Shown: in pieces, positions 49,926 through 60,014 of the stretch
Position numbering within the stretch: the first letter of the stretch is position 1
How the letters are laid out: the number at the start of each line of letters is the position of its first letter
Program-made: the position numbers and the translations under genes
Assembly (NCBI GenBank): GCA_002722545.1
Contig: PBMI01000055.1
Span: 4,692 to 68,691, forward strand
DNA: 64,000 bases
Reading direction: 5' to 3'
Source of the DNA: Opitutia bacterium
GTDB lineage: Bacteria > Verrucomicrobiota > Verrucomicrobiia > Opitutales > Seribacteraceae
Notes under the pieces: generated by a model
What the model was told of the DNA's origin: nothing
Databases searched by the model: none
What the model saw: the letters and a program-made list of their open reading frames with translations, nothing else

Positions 49926-51194
49926 ATGGATCACAGCGCAAAGCATGAGCAACCACTTACCACCATTGCCGCCGCGATGGAGGCAGCTCGTGCAACGACG
50001 GGGGTAATGCAAGTAAATCGGACAAAGTTTTCAACACGGGCGCCCGAGTCTTTGGGCCTTAGGCGTTTCAGGGGTCAGCCGTACGACTGGATTTGGGACG
50101 TTGATACCGAGCTGGTCAACGCGATGCTCAACTTTGTAGGGTACGAAGGCCCGCAGTTTCATACATTTGCCCATGCGGTTAGCCAGCTCATCACCTTTGG
50201 CGGAACATCACTGGGAATGGGAGAAATGCGTCGGCGGCTCGGCAAAGGCATGCACCGGATCAAGCAGCCAGACTTTAAAGAACGAGTTCGCAATGGCATG
50301 CGCTGGAACAACAGGTGGTCGCCTTTTGAGCGCTTTCGCTACTTTCTCAACAACGTGCCCGATTCCGCGTCGGCGCCCGCGCCGGTGCCCGCGCCATCGC
50401 CCGCGCCCGTGCCCGCGCCCGCGCCATCGCCCGCGCCATCGCCCGCGCCACAGCCACCGCCGAAGCCCGTGGCTCCTCCCGCGCCCGGGCCACCGCCCGC
50501 CAAGCCGAAGGGCGAGCGATACGCCTCGCAGCACCCCTTTACGAAAACGGAACTGCAGCAAGCCTGCCAGTTTCTCGATTCAATTCATCAGACTTCGCTA
50601 GAGGACGTCATCTCAAAACGCCTGTTCCCCTTTACGGCAACGGGTGTCGACGTAAAATTTCAAACCTACATGTCCATGTTGCAGGTCGCGACACTCGTCC
50701 ACCCTGAGCGCCCAGACCTGTCGATGCACACGTGGGCCACGCGCTTGTTTCACTCGCTGCAATGGCGCGGCAAAGGCTGGGGTTCTTCGCCGCGCTTCGC
50801 TTCCATGGAAGATTACGTTGGCGTGATCGACCGAGCGCTGAGCAACGGAATACATATTTTTGCGCCGCTTGACGGGCGGGAGGCACCGGAAGCCGTTACC
50901 GAAGAGCAGGCCACTGAATACTTTAAACAGCTGGAGTGGTTTTGCAAGGCGCAAGCCGCACAAGTTTCGTACGCGCGCGACCTCAAACTGTGGTTGGGTC
51001 GCTACGGCGAAATTCCGGACGCGTCTGATTCCGAGGAGTGCGTCGCCACGGGCAAGGTGAGCACGTGGGAAGAGCGCGATCGCGCGCTCCGCGAGCAGGT
51101 CGTGTGCCTCGACGACTGTGGCGAGTGTCCCTTTTGCAAGCGCGGCGCCGCCGTTTCAGAAGAAGCTGTGGCTTCAGAAAGAGTTGTACAGTAG
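49926..51194 (+). CDS. Hypothetical protein with Pro/Ala linker
   Basis: Long ORF with PAPSPAP repeats; both upstream motifs present. Confidence 0.7.
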   Translation: MDHSAKHEQPLTTIAAAMEAARATTGVMQVNRTKFSTRAPESLGLRRFRGQPYDWIWDVDTELVNAMLNFVGYEGPQFHTFAHAVSQLITFGGTSLGMGEMRRRLGKGMHRIKQPDFKERVRNGMRWNNRWSPFERFRYFLNNVPDSASAPAPVPAPSPAPVPAPAPSPAPSPAPQPPPKPVAPPAPGPPPAKPKGERYASQHPFTKTELQQACQFLDSIHQTSLEDVISKRLFPFTATGVDVKFQTYMSMLQVATLVHPERPDLSMHTWATRLFHSLQWRGKGWGSSPRFASMEDYVGVIDRALSNGIHIFAPLDGREAPEAVTEEQATEYFKQLEWFCKAQAAQVSYARDLKLWLGRYGEIPDASDSEECVATGKVSTWEERDRALREQVVCLDDCGECPFCKRGAAVSEEAVASERVVQ

Positions 51195-51328
51195 CAAATG
51201 TCTATCTTCAAATTGGCAAACTGCGCTGGTAAAGAAGTGGGTGAGCCGATGGTTGTGTAGCCGTTTGGTCAACGCGTTGCGAAGTGCGTTTGCGACTGGT
51301 GTTTGCTTGTTTGCACCCGTGTAATACA

Positions 51329-52051
51329 ATGTCTAAGTCAATCCCAATCAAAGACGTGCGCGAGCAGTGCCGCGCCAAGCACGGCGCCGACTGGTGGAAC
51401 GTCAGCAAGGAGATCAAGAAGAAACGCATGGACGACGCGCGCCTCCACCTGCGCGCGGTGGATCAAAAGATTGCGGAGAAAAAGGCGGCTGCGCCCAAGC
51501 CAAAGGAGGGGGGAGAGCAGAACCCGCTCAAGGACGTGTACCGGCTGCGCATCAACGACGAGGAGGAGGGCCGCACGAGCAAGATGTGGAAGGTCGACGC
51601 TGCGGCGTGCATCGGACCCAAAGTCGAGTACAAGAAGCTGTCCGAGAAGGAGGAGGCCCGCGGCCCGGGCTTCTGGTCCGTCTACCTCTTCCACCGGAGC
51701 CAGTTCAGCGAGGACGAGCTGGAGGAGTACGAGGAGGACGAGGTTGAGGGCCTGGACAAGTGGCTCGGCAGCCACCCCATCCCAGGCTACGGCGACAAGG
51801 TGCACTACGGCTGGGTGAAGAAGGGCGACACGTTCAACGACATCGCCAACACCCTGCTGACCATGAAGAACGGCTTTGGCGTCTACACTGAGGAGGGGGG
51901 CTTCATGCACGGCTGCGTGCACACTGTCGACAACAAACACCTCGTGATCGAAAAGAGCGTCTGGGAGAACGCACTTGAACCCGAGACGCGCGAGCGCCTG
52001 TTACGCGACTCCTTTGCCGAAACGCTCTACATTGCGGACACGTGGTTTTAA
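51329..52051 (+). CDS. Hypothetical protein
   Basis: Very high GC3; upstream motif at 51290. Confidence 0.75.
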   Translation: MSKSIPIKDVREQCRAKHGADWWNVSKEIKKKRMDDARLHLRAVDQKIAEKKAAAPKPKEGGEQNPLKDVYRLRINDEEEGRTSKMWKVDAAACIGPKVEYKKLSEKEEARGPGFWSVYLFHRSQFSEDELEEYEEDEVEGLDKWLGSHPIPGYGDKVHYGWVKKGDTFNDIANTLLTMKNGFGVYTEEGGFMHGCVHTVDNKHLVIEKSVWENALEPETRERLLRDSFAETLYIADTWF

Positions 52052-52118
52052 GGCGGGTGGCGGCCAGACTGTGTGCTTTGAATAAATCCGCAACGGGCGT
52101 AGTAGAAGTAAAAAGACT

Positions 52119-52646
52119 ATGGCGTACTTTAACGTGCTGCTTCAGCATCAAGGGCCCCTGACGCACGTCAACCATGCGCACCGCGTGAACGCCTCCACGG
52201 GCAGCTACTGGAGCGCTGACAAGGGCGCTGCGGTGGAAGCCAATCACCTCAACAAAGCGGCGCACAGCTTCATGTCCAGCCCCGAAGGGTTCACAATTGT
52301 CGAAAAGGAGATGAGGAGCATCCTCAATCGCATCGAGGAGCGCGATTATGCAGCGTACCTGCGCGGGTACCGCGATTATCGCGACGCGCTTGCCTACCTT
52401 GGCCACCATGTGCTTGGGCAGTCGAGCGTTGATTCCGCGTGGTACGACATGAAAAGAAAGGTGGTCCAGTTCATGTTTTACACAGCGGATGTGGACGCGT
52501 TGAAGCACGTGCGCCACACAATGAGCTACTCTGACGACGCGAACAAGTTCTACAACGTTCTTGGCCGATTCCAGACCCTTGCCCTGTCGCGCAACGATGG
52601 CGAGGCGGCCAACATGGCGGGCCACCTGCTTGGCAGCATGCAGTAG
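52119..52646 (+). CDS. Hypothetical protein
   Basis: 175 aa ATG ORF. Confidence 0.65.
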   Translation: MAYFNVLLQHQGPLTHVNHAHRVNASTGSYWSADKGAAVEANHLNKAAHSFMSSPEGFTIVEKEMRSILNRIEERDYAAYLRGYRDYRDALAYLGHHVLGQSSVDSAWYDMKRKVVQFMFYTADVDALKHVRHTMSYSDDANKFYNVLGRFQTLALSRNDGEAANMAGHLLGSMQ

Positions 52647-52746
52647 CGCATGTTCATGGCTAGATAAATCATAGCAAATTGCGCCGCAAAGAGGCCCGCA
52701 ATAACTGTAAAAGCATTTTGCAACTGTTAGGAAGGCGTATGCAACA

Positions 52747-53295
52747 ATGAGCGTGGTAGATTTAAGCGGACTGAATCCCGCGCGTAACGTGCAAGCAAAC
52801 CTTGCACAACGGGCAGACAATGCGCGCGCTCTTCTCGCGAAAGCCGCGGACGCCGTTGACCGACTTTGGTCCATGTTCGAGCGTGGCTGGACCGTGTTCA
52901 CCGACGAGGTCACCGAAGCAAATAGGGCCTATTCGGTTGCTTTTACGAGTGTGCGCGCGGCGAGGAATCCGAAACTCGGCAACCCAATGGACGCCGAGAT
53001 GCGAGTCATCGAGAAGCTAAAAGACAAACTAACCATGTTGCACAAGAATGCGCTTCCAAAACACGTTCTCCTGCCGCGCAGCTTGCTCATCGCGCCCGAG
53101 CCCGAGCCCGAGCCCGAGCCGATGCCGCCACCACCGCCCAGGCTGCCTCCAAAGTACGCGCACGCGTCCTTGAGGAGGGGCGCGGCGGCAGCAAAGGCGC
53201 GCGAAGAAGCCGAGCGGCAGTCCGAAAAGCTTGCGACCGAGCTTTACGAGCAAAGTAAGCGACCAAGAACTCGATCGGGCAAGGGTATGCTTTAG
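52747..53295 (+). CDS. Hypothetical helical protein with PE repeats
   Basis: 182 aa ATG ORF; motif variant at 52718. Confidence 0.65.
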   Translation: MSVVDLSGLNPARNVQANLAQRADNARALLAKAADAVDRLWSMFERGWTVFTDEVTEANRAYSVAFTSVRAARNPKLGNPMDAEMRVIEKLKDKLTMLHKNALPKHVLLPRSLLIAPEPEPEPEPMPPPPPRLPPKYAHASLRRGAAAAKAREEAERQSEKLATELYEQSKRPRTRSGKGML

Positions 53296-53406
53296 TGTGC
53301 ATCGTCTTTTTGCCTCTGCGCGGCAGAAAGCAACGCGCACACACACTGTGACGCGCATGATATGAGCTTGGCGGCGGCCTGATGGGTGGGCAGCGGACCA
53401 CGCGCG

Positions 53407-54831
53407 ATGCTGCTGCCCGATCTCTCGGGGCTGCGCGTTGCGCCGCGCGACCGCCGCCGCGCGCCGCGTGCGACTGGCGGCGCCTTCGCAACGTCGTTTG
53501 TGGCCAAGATTCATAAACGCGCGTCATGGGGCGTAGAGGCTCTGGAAACCGAGATCAGCAAGGCACTCGGCACCATGTTTTTGGAAAAGCTCGGTGGAGT
53601 TTACAACAACGGCTTCAACCTTTCCGGGGATGGTGAATCGGTCATCTTTCTGTACACGAACACGGCACGCGTCATGCGCAAGCTCGTCTTCAGTGAATGG
53701 TTCCTCGTAGAGTGTGTGCGGTACTTTGAGAAGCCCTCCCTGATCAACCACCTGGAGAACGCCTCCGACGCAAGGGTCGCGGACGTTTGGAATGAGGAAC
53801 GGGGCGACGCGATTCGCCTCTTCTACAATTTCTCTTCAATGGACGGGTCGGACCCGGGGCTGCGCTGCCTGTGCGCCACGGACCTCTGTTACCTGACTCC
53901 GATCGAGGGGGCGCCGCCGCGCCAGTACGTGCAGGAGTTCCTGTGCCAGCCCTGGTACTTTCGCCAATTCATGGTCGCATTTGACGAGCTCTTGCCCATG
54001 TTCCGAAGCGGGGAGATCTTCAGCAAAAGCTTTGCGGAGCTTGCGACCTTGAGCTGGAAGGCGCTTGGGTGGAACAATGACCCGCACAAGATCGAAGTAA
54101 ACCTTGGCTCGTTCACTGTGACCGAATCGTATCCGCTCACCGAGGAAGACCTGCGACTTTTAAGCGCGCGATTTGCATACACCAAGCAAGTGCTGACCCT
54201 GGTGGACTCGCCCGATGACTACCACAAGAAGTTCGACGCGTTTGTGAAGGACGCGTCGGTGTTGCCGCCCGCCACGCCCTTCAGCACCCCGACGCGCAAG
54301 GGCCAAACGTGGGCAATCTTTCTCAAGCGTACCTTGGCGGAGCACTACATGCTCCTATTCGCGCTTGAAACGATGTGGAAAACCTACGGGCGCACGCGCA
54401 GTTTGACGGCGCTCGTCGACCTGATCCAGCAATTCAACGGCAACCACTACTTCCGCGACGGCAACGGGCGGTTCAGCATGCTGCTGATTCAGCTGCACAT
54501 GAAGGCGTTCACGGGGCAGCTGGTGTACTTTTGGGACCACAACCCCAACGGGCCTTGCCTCGCCAAGTACGTGCGCATGCTCGACACGACGCCTCGCATC
54601 CCCGCGGTGGCGCTGCCCGGAGCGTTCGACAGGGAGCCCGCCAAGGAGGCCTACGAGGCCGCGTACCAGACGCGGTGCGATGGCGCGGTGCACGAGCCGA
54701 TGCCGTACCTGGAATCGGCAGAAACCGGGGCGGACACACCGCAGAACCTGCACGAAAAGCGCGAGCGCCCGGCGGAGGACGTCGCGTCCATCGTCAACTC
54801 CGAGCCGAAGCGACGGAGCAAGGGTCAGTAA
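53407..54831 (+). CDS. Fic/Doc-domain protein, paralogue B
   Basis: Motif HYFRDGNGRFS; shares LVDLIQQFNGNHYF and YFWxHNPNGPCL with 10546-12000. Confidence 0.8.
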   Translation: MLLPDLSGLRVAPRDRRRAPRATGGAFATSFVAKIHKRASWGVEALETEISKALGTMFLEKLGGVYNNGFNLSGDGESVIFLYTNTARVMRKLVFSEWFLVECVRYFEKPSLINHLENASDARVADVWNEERGDAIRLFYNFSSMDGSDPGLRCLCATDLCYLTPIEGAPPRQYVQEFLCQPWYFRQFMVAFDELLPMFRSGEIFSKSFAELATLSWKALGWNNDPHKIEVNLGSFTVTESYPLTEEDLRLLSARFAYTKQVLTLVDSPDDYHKKFDAFVKDASVLPPATPFSTPTRKGQTWAIFLKRTLAEHYMLLFALETMWKTYGRTRSLTALVDLIQQFNGNHYFRDGNGRFSMLLIQLHMKAFTGQLVYFWDHNPNGPCLAKYVRMLDTTPRIPAVALPGAFDREPAKEAYEAAYQTRCDGAVHEPMPYLESAETGADTPQNLHEKRERPAEDVASIVNSEPKRRSKGQ

Positions 54832-54947
54832 ACGTGTGCCGCGCGATCGTTTGCTTTTGTGTGTGTGTGTGTGTGTATTTGATGAGTCAAATATAACGCC
54901 TTGCAACTCTTGTATCTGTAAGCGTTTGCTGCTCTGCGCTTGCTCCT

Positions 54948-55382
54948 TTGCTCGAGCTTGGTGCGTCTGCTCCTCTTGGCGGCAGGGGAGACCCGAAGCC
55001 TCTCAAAACCTACCCCTTCAAGATCTGGTTTGACAGCGACGCTGAGCGGGAGTGCGCGGCAAGCTACCTTGAGCGCATCGACGGCCAGCTTCACTACGTT
55101 CCTGTGGCCAAAGACAGGGCACAGTTTGCCTTCTTCTGGTTGTTTTTTCAGGCGACCACGCCGCGAGCGGTAGAGCCGCCCACGGTCGCGCAGCTACGCA
55201 ATCTGCCGCGTGTCGTGGCGCTCGCGCGCGGGTTGCCGTTGTGGCAAGCGGACAGCGAAGTAAAACACGCACTAAAAGACCTGCTGCGCCAATCAAACCC
55301 ACCACTCCCGTTTGACCCCCAAGTGCTCGCTGACGCGCGTGAATGGTACAACAAGCTTAGTAGCGCGTGTGTTGGTCTTTAA
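54948..55382 (+). CDS. Hypothetical protein; no in-frame ATG, 5' end possibly spliced
   Basis: Protein-like from YPFKIWF onward. A candidate intron GTAAGC(54918)...GGCAG(54986) precedes it. Confidence 0.45.
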   Translation: MLELGASAPLGGRGDPKPLKTYPFKIWFDSDAERECAASYLERIDGQLHYVPVAKDRAQFAFFWLFFQATTPRAVEPPTVAQLRNLPRVVALARGLPLWQADSEVKHALKDLLRQSNPPLPFDPQVLADAREWYNKLSSACVGL

Positions 55383-57187
55383 AACCAACCCGCACCCAGC
55401 CGGCACCGCTTGAGCGCTTGTGGCGCGCCTCCCACCACGCGCGCTGCAAGGTCGCGCTTGCAGGCCACCTGCCGCACCTCAGGAGGCACGTGCACCTCGA
55501 CGGGCCGTAGCACGGCACAGGCCTTCGCCTTGGTTTTGTCCGCCTTCTCGCCTTGCAACTTCTCCTTGCCGACCGAGTTGCCCTTCTTGTGCTTGTCAAG
55601 CATCAATGAAAGCGTCTCTTTCTTCTCCTGCGCGTCAAAGCTCAGGCCCTCGCAAGCGCCGTCGTACCGTTGCTCGGTGTGAACGCTGGAGTCGGCCTGC
55701 AGCGCGCCGTCTGTGGGCGAGCATTTATCGCCCTTCACGCCTTTGGCCTTCATGGGGCCGCAGCGGTACGAGCCGGATATCGCCCTAAGCAGCGCGCGCG
55801 TCTCATCGCGCGTCGCCGGCTTCGCGCCCTTGGCGTCGCTCCGCTTCATGATCGGCGCGGAGGCGTAAAAGAGTTTGAACGTGCTCTTTTCTTTGGTTGC
55901 CTGTGCCAGCGCCTGTTGAAAGCCAGGCGCGCTGAAGAAGTGCTTTAGTGCTTTCTCTTCAGGCCCCACGCGGTGCGCGGGGCGACCGTCGACGCGCGGT
56001 CGCCCACGCGCGATCCAGTTCTCTCGACACGCGAGCAGGTAAGCCGCATCGGCCGCCTTGGGAAACGCAGTCTCGAGAAGGCGGTTGCCCCAACTCTTCC
56101 AGTGGTAGACGTCGCGCCGGGTGTCGAAGATGTGATCGAGCAGCCGCTTGAAGCAGTATGTGCGCGGCACGCCCGACATTTTGTCCACGAAACTCTGCTC
56201 GTCCGCAAACTTGAAGGGAAAGCTCGGCGATTTGACTATGGCCATGGCGGTTGCAATGTAGCGCATCTCGCGCTCCTGCACAAAGCGCGAGTTGAGAATG
56301 ACCCAGTGGAAGAGCGCGCGAATCTCCTCCCTTGAGAGCACGGACCCGCCCTCCTCGTCCTTAAGCAGAAAGATCCACCGCAGAATCAGAATGTTGTCGT
56401 CAAGGATCACACCCTGATCTTGACGCTCGGTGCCGCGCGCGAGCTGGTCGCGCGGCGGCGAGATGACTTCGCCCGTCGTTGGGTTCTTCTTGCCCGAGAA
56501 GCGCCACTCCGCGTAATTCTCTGGCGTCAGTTTGCCTTGCGCGATCATGCACTCAAATTTGCGACAGCAGCAGGTGCGCGCAATCGCGGTCTCGTAGTCG
56601 CCATTTACGAGCGCCTGGCCGAAAGCCTTAAGCGCGCGGATCGCGCCAACGGACCCTTCCTTGATGTAGGCCACGCCAAAGACGTCGACGGGCATCTGCA
56701 GGTCGTGGGCTTGCCGGTCCCCGCAGCACCAGCAGGTGTACTTGGAGCGGTCGATCACGCCACGCGAAACGACGGCGGGAGCCTTCACCGTTTCCACGCG
56801 CTGATCCATGCTCTTTTCCTTGACGTCGCGCTCTTCCTGCCACGTGTTGGCATACTGCGGATCGTACCAGGCATCAGACTGCATGTCGCGCTCGAAGTCG
56901 GCGTTACTGATGCCCAAAACGGTGTCGGGCGTCGCGGGTGGCACGCCGGCGGCGCCGGCGTCGCCGGCGTGCGTGTGCCGAAAAGCGTCGATAGCAATGT
57001 CGATTTCGCGCTCAACGTCGAGTGGCGCGTCGGTGCCCAACTCGGTGCGCGCGCCGACGGGCTCGCCGACGGGCTCGCCGACGCGCTGGCACACGGCCGG
57101 CGACGCGTCGTACACGCGCCCAAAGTTGCCCCTAAGCTTGTGCAACGCGAGCATTAGCTGGCGTTTGTCCATAGCAAAATCTGCCAT
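55379..57187 (-). CDS. Large hypothetical protein with Cys clusters
   Basis: ~600 aa; CWCC and CCC..C; motif B variant at 57222-57236. Confidence 0.7.
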   Translation of the reverse strand: MADFAMDKRQLMLALHKLRGNFGRVYDASPAVCQRVGEPVGEPVGARTELGTDAPLDVEREIDIAIDAFRHTHAGDAGAAGVPPATPDTVLGISNADFERDMQSDAWYDPQYANTWQEERDVKEKSMDQRVETVKAPAVVSRGVIDRSKYTCWCCGDRQAHDLQMPVDVFGVAYIKEGSVGAIRALKAFGQALVNGDYETAIARTCCCRKFECMIAQGKLTPENYAEWRFSGKKNPTTGEVISPPRDQLARGTERQDQGVILDDNILILRWIFLLKDEEGGSVLSREEIRALFHWVILNSRFVQEREMRYIATAMAIVKSPSFPFKFADEQSFVDKMSGVPRTYCFKRLLDHIFDTRRDVYHWKSWGNRLLETAFPKAADAAYLLACRENWIARGRPRVDGRPAHRVGPEEKALKHFFSAPGFQQALAQATKEKSTFKLFYASAPIMKRSDAKGAKPATRDETRALLRAISGSYRCGPMKAKGVKGDKCSPTDGALQADSSVHTEQRYDGACEGLSFDAQEKKETLSLMLDKHKKGNSVGKEKLQGEKADKTKAKACAVLRPVEVHVPPEVRQVACKRDLAARVVGGAPQALKRCRLGAGWF

Positions 57188-57339
57188 GGACAACGCGTTG
57201 CTCTTCCTCCAGGGAACCTGCTAAGATACGGTTTGCTAGCGTTGACACCGAATGAAGTGCCCGAGCAAAAAAAACTTTGTGTCTGGTGTAGCCACACAAG
57301 TGGCAAACTCGACACTCGAAGGGCAAACGTGGGAGCAAC

Positions 57340-58089
57340 ATGCCAAAGCTGCACGAACTGGGCAAAAAGGAGCGCACCGAGATTTGCCGCACAATCGCGC
57401 GCGCAGCGCACAGCTGCCTGTCGAGCACGGTCGATAGCAACGGCTGCGTGCAGGGCGGCACGTTCGACGCGCGCATGTTCAAGACATGCTCGGAGCTTGG
57501 TGTCATCGAGGACGACGAGTTCTACGGCAACTCCTTCTCGCCCGAGCGCATCGAGGCACTCAAGTGGTTTGAAAAGACGTACCAGGATGCCCTTGGCATT
57601 GCCGCGCAATACGACGAGCTGATAGTTCCCCTGGCAAACCTTGCGAACGACTTTGCAATGCCGTCTGCGGCGCTCGTGCGGATATGGTGCGTCTCGCGCT
57701 ACGTTGCGGCACTGCTGCAGCCACAGAACCCGTTCGCCGACTTGCGCGTCACGCTGTGCGTGGCCGAAGACGACGACGACGACGAAGGCGCCGAGGATGT
57801 GGAAGAGGAAGTGCGCTCAAACGACTCGGAGGACGAAGAGGACGACGATAGCATTATTGCAAGCTCGAGTGATGAGGACGAGGCGTCGTCCTCGGCTTCG
57901 GCGAGCGGAAATGGGGAAGACGACGAGGAGGAGGAAGAGAAGGAGGAGTTGTTTGAGGAAGCTTGTGACGAGCAGGGGGACACGGACGCGGCCAAGTCCC
58001 CGCGCCGCAAGAAGTCGCGCTTAAGCAAGGACGATGACGTGGACACCGAGCCGGAGGCAAGCGAGAGTGAGGAGCGCGGCGACGACTAG
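57340..58089 (+). CDS. Protein with long acidic tail and NLS
   Basis: D/E tract followed by PRRKKSR. Confidence 0.7.
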   Translation: MPKLHELGKKERTEICRTIARAAHSCLSSTVDSNGCVQGGTFDARMFKTCSELGVIEDDEFYGNSFSPERIEALKWFEKTYQDALGIAAQYDELIVPLANLANDFAMPSAALVRIWCVSRYVAALLQPQNPFADLRVTLCVAEDDDDDEGAEDVEEEVRSNDSEDEEDDDSIIASSSDEDEASSSASASGNGEDDEEEEEKEELFEEACDEQGDTDAAKSPRRKKSRLSKDDDVDTEPEASESEERGDD

Positions 58090-58141
58090 AATTGGGTGTT
58101 GATGCGCTAGTGCGCGTCGGACTGGGCACGGCCAGACGTGT

Positions 58142-58657
58142 ATGAGTGTGCGTCCTGGTAAAATGCCGCGTGTCGTTCTTACTGCCGTCCCGTTTTCACT
58201 GCCGTCGCCGCCACCACCACAGCAAATAAGAAAAGTGACACCGCCTGCCGCGGCGTGCGACTCAATACATCAAAACGCAACAACACCCCCGCCGTCTCAA
58301 CTGCCAAGCCCAACGCGCAACCCCATCCCACACTCGCCGCCCCTGCCCAGCCCTAGCAACGCGCAGCTGCTTGTGCTCGCGTCGCGCATCGCCACGTTGC
58401 ACTACCGCTGCACCAAACGCCTCGCTCTCGCGCGGCGAGAGCTGCCAGTTGCGGCTCCGCTCAGGCGAACACGATCTTTTCCCACGCTTCGGCCTCGGCC
58501 TCGGCCTCGGCGCGCCGCTTCGCCTCCGAGTAGTACCCCTTCATCGATTGCGTGCCCTTGCAGCCCGTCTTCGACCGGCTCCGCTTCGCGCTCGGAGCGT
58601 TCTGTGGAGCTGATGTGTTTGACGTGCGACGAGGACGAGTCGGGGGAGGAGAAGTAA
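58142..58657 (+). CDS. Pro/Ser-rich hypothetical protein overlapping the 3' end of the Myb gene
   Basis: ATG ORF filling the gap; low complexity. Confidence 0.35.
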   Translation: MSVRPGKMPRVVLTAVPFSLPSPPPPQQIRKVTPPAAACDSIHQNATTPPPSQLPSPTRNPIPHSPPLPSPSNAQLLVLASRIATLHYRCTKRLALARRELPVAAPLRRTRSFPTLRPRPRPRRAASPPSSTPSSIACPCSPSSTGSASRSERSVELMCLTCDEDESGEEK

Positions 58658-59777
58658 AGAGAAAGCGGTGCGCGATGTCAAGCGTCCCACAGGTGCGCTT
58701 GAAAAATGGCTGAATCTCCACGGCGTATGCAGCCTTCACAACCGGAGCCGTGTCTGCTCCCTCGTCGTACTCCTCAAAGCACAGCAGCGCGTCCTCTTGC
58801 CGCGAGTTGTTCGCGCAGACCGACAGCACATCGTCAAAGGAAAACTCCTCCACGGCGGAAGGGTTGGGCTTCTCCGTAACGACCGGGGCCACGGCGTGCC
58901 GCATTGCGTCACTGAAAACGCACGTGCGCTTAAGCGTTCGCCAGCGGTAGTGGCACGCCCCAGCGGACCGGTCGCGCACAAATGCTGCGATCCGACCCCA
59001 CGAGTACTCGCGCAGATTGGCATCGTTGACGCTCTCGGGCTCCAACCCAAGCCGTTGCAGCTCCATTTGCACCCCCGTGGCAAGGCGCAAGTCCTCGTCA
59101 AATAACCAGGGCGCGTAGTGAAGTTTATTTGTGTGCCCCGTGACCTCGTTGGCTTCCGTAACGCGGTTGCGCTTGCGCGGCACGTCGGTAAGCGCGTTGC
59201 GGCGTTGCAGCTCAAGCAGCAGGTTTGCGTCCTCGAGCGCGGACAGCTCAAGCGCGGGTGCGGTTGACGACGCGTTTGTCGAGAAGGCGGTGGCGGCCGC
59301 GTGATTGCTCGACAAGAAGGCGTTGTACCGGTTTTTCACCTGATTGTCCGTGCGGTTGGTGAGGAGCTGCGCAATGCTCGCCCACTTGTGGCCCAGCTCA
59401 AAGACGCCCTTGTGCAGCACGAGGTCCTCCGCTGGAGTCCAGGGACCCTTGTCCACGTTGGGGTTGAGATGGTTCCACCAGCGCTCGCGGCACTGCTTGG
59501 GGGTGCGCCCGCCGACGTGATCCGCCACGCAAGTCCACCTTTTTTCCCCGTGCACCTCAACGCCCTGTGTGAGCAACTTGTCTTCAGCCGACGTCCAGAA
59601 CTTGTGCACCACGTTGATTTTCCCCACCTCTGATGCAACCAGGGCCACAGCGGCCCGCTTGGCGCCAGCGGCGGCGGTGGCGTCGAGCGCGGGCGCTATT
59701 GCACGGCGCGTCTGTGATTCAAACTCGGGACCAAACGTCACAGGCTTGCGCACGCGACGCGGTCGCAAAGCGCTCAT
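58461..59777 (-). CDS. Myb transcription factor (R2R3 pair plus a third distal Myb repeat)
   Basis: WTSAED..RTPKQCRERWWNHLNP..KGPWTPAED..KWASIA..RTDNQVKNRYN; later SWGRIA..RSAGACHYRW. Confidence 0.92.
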   Translation of the reverse strand: MSALRPRRVRKPVTFGPEFESQTRRAIAPALDATAAAGAKRAAVALVASEVGKINVVHKFWTSAEDKLLTQGVEVHGEKRWTCVADHVGGRTPKQCRERWWNHLNPNVDKGPWTPAEDLVLHKGVFELGHKWASIAQLLTNRTDNQVKNRYNAFLSSNHAAATAFSTNASSTAPALELSALEDANLLLELQRRNALTDVPRKRNRVTEANEVTGHTNKLHYAPWLFDEDLRLATGVQMELQRLGLEPESVNDANLREYSWGRIAAFVRDRSAGACHYRWRTLKRTCVFSDAMRHAVAPVVTEKPNPSAVEEFSFDDVLSVCANNSRQEDALLCFEEYDEGADTAPVVKAAYAVEIQPFFKRTCGTLDIAHRFLFTSPPPTRPRRTSNTSAPQNAPSAKRSRSKTGCKGTQSMKGYYSEAKRRAEAEAEAEAWEKIVFA

Positions 59778-60014
59778 GGCGCACACAAGTGTGTCGGCGC
59801 AACAGGGTTGGGCACAAGTCGCAAACTGCTTTAGGCAACTTTTTGCAAACTTTGAAAATTAGCGTGCAACAGCGTTTGCGCCTTCCTTTTTTAGATATTT
59901 TGCCCTTCCCCCCTGCTCTTCCCCCTCCCCCACCGCTTTTCTTCCCTCTCCTCCAGCCACTCTCTGCGAGAAGCCCGCGGCAATGCTGCGCGTTGCCATC
60001 TTTGACGCAGCTGT

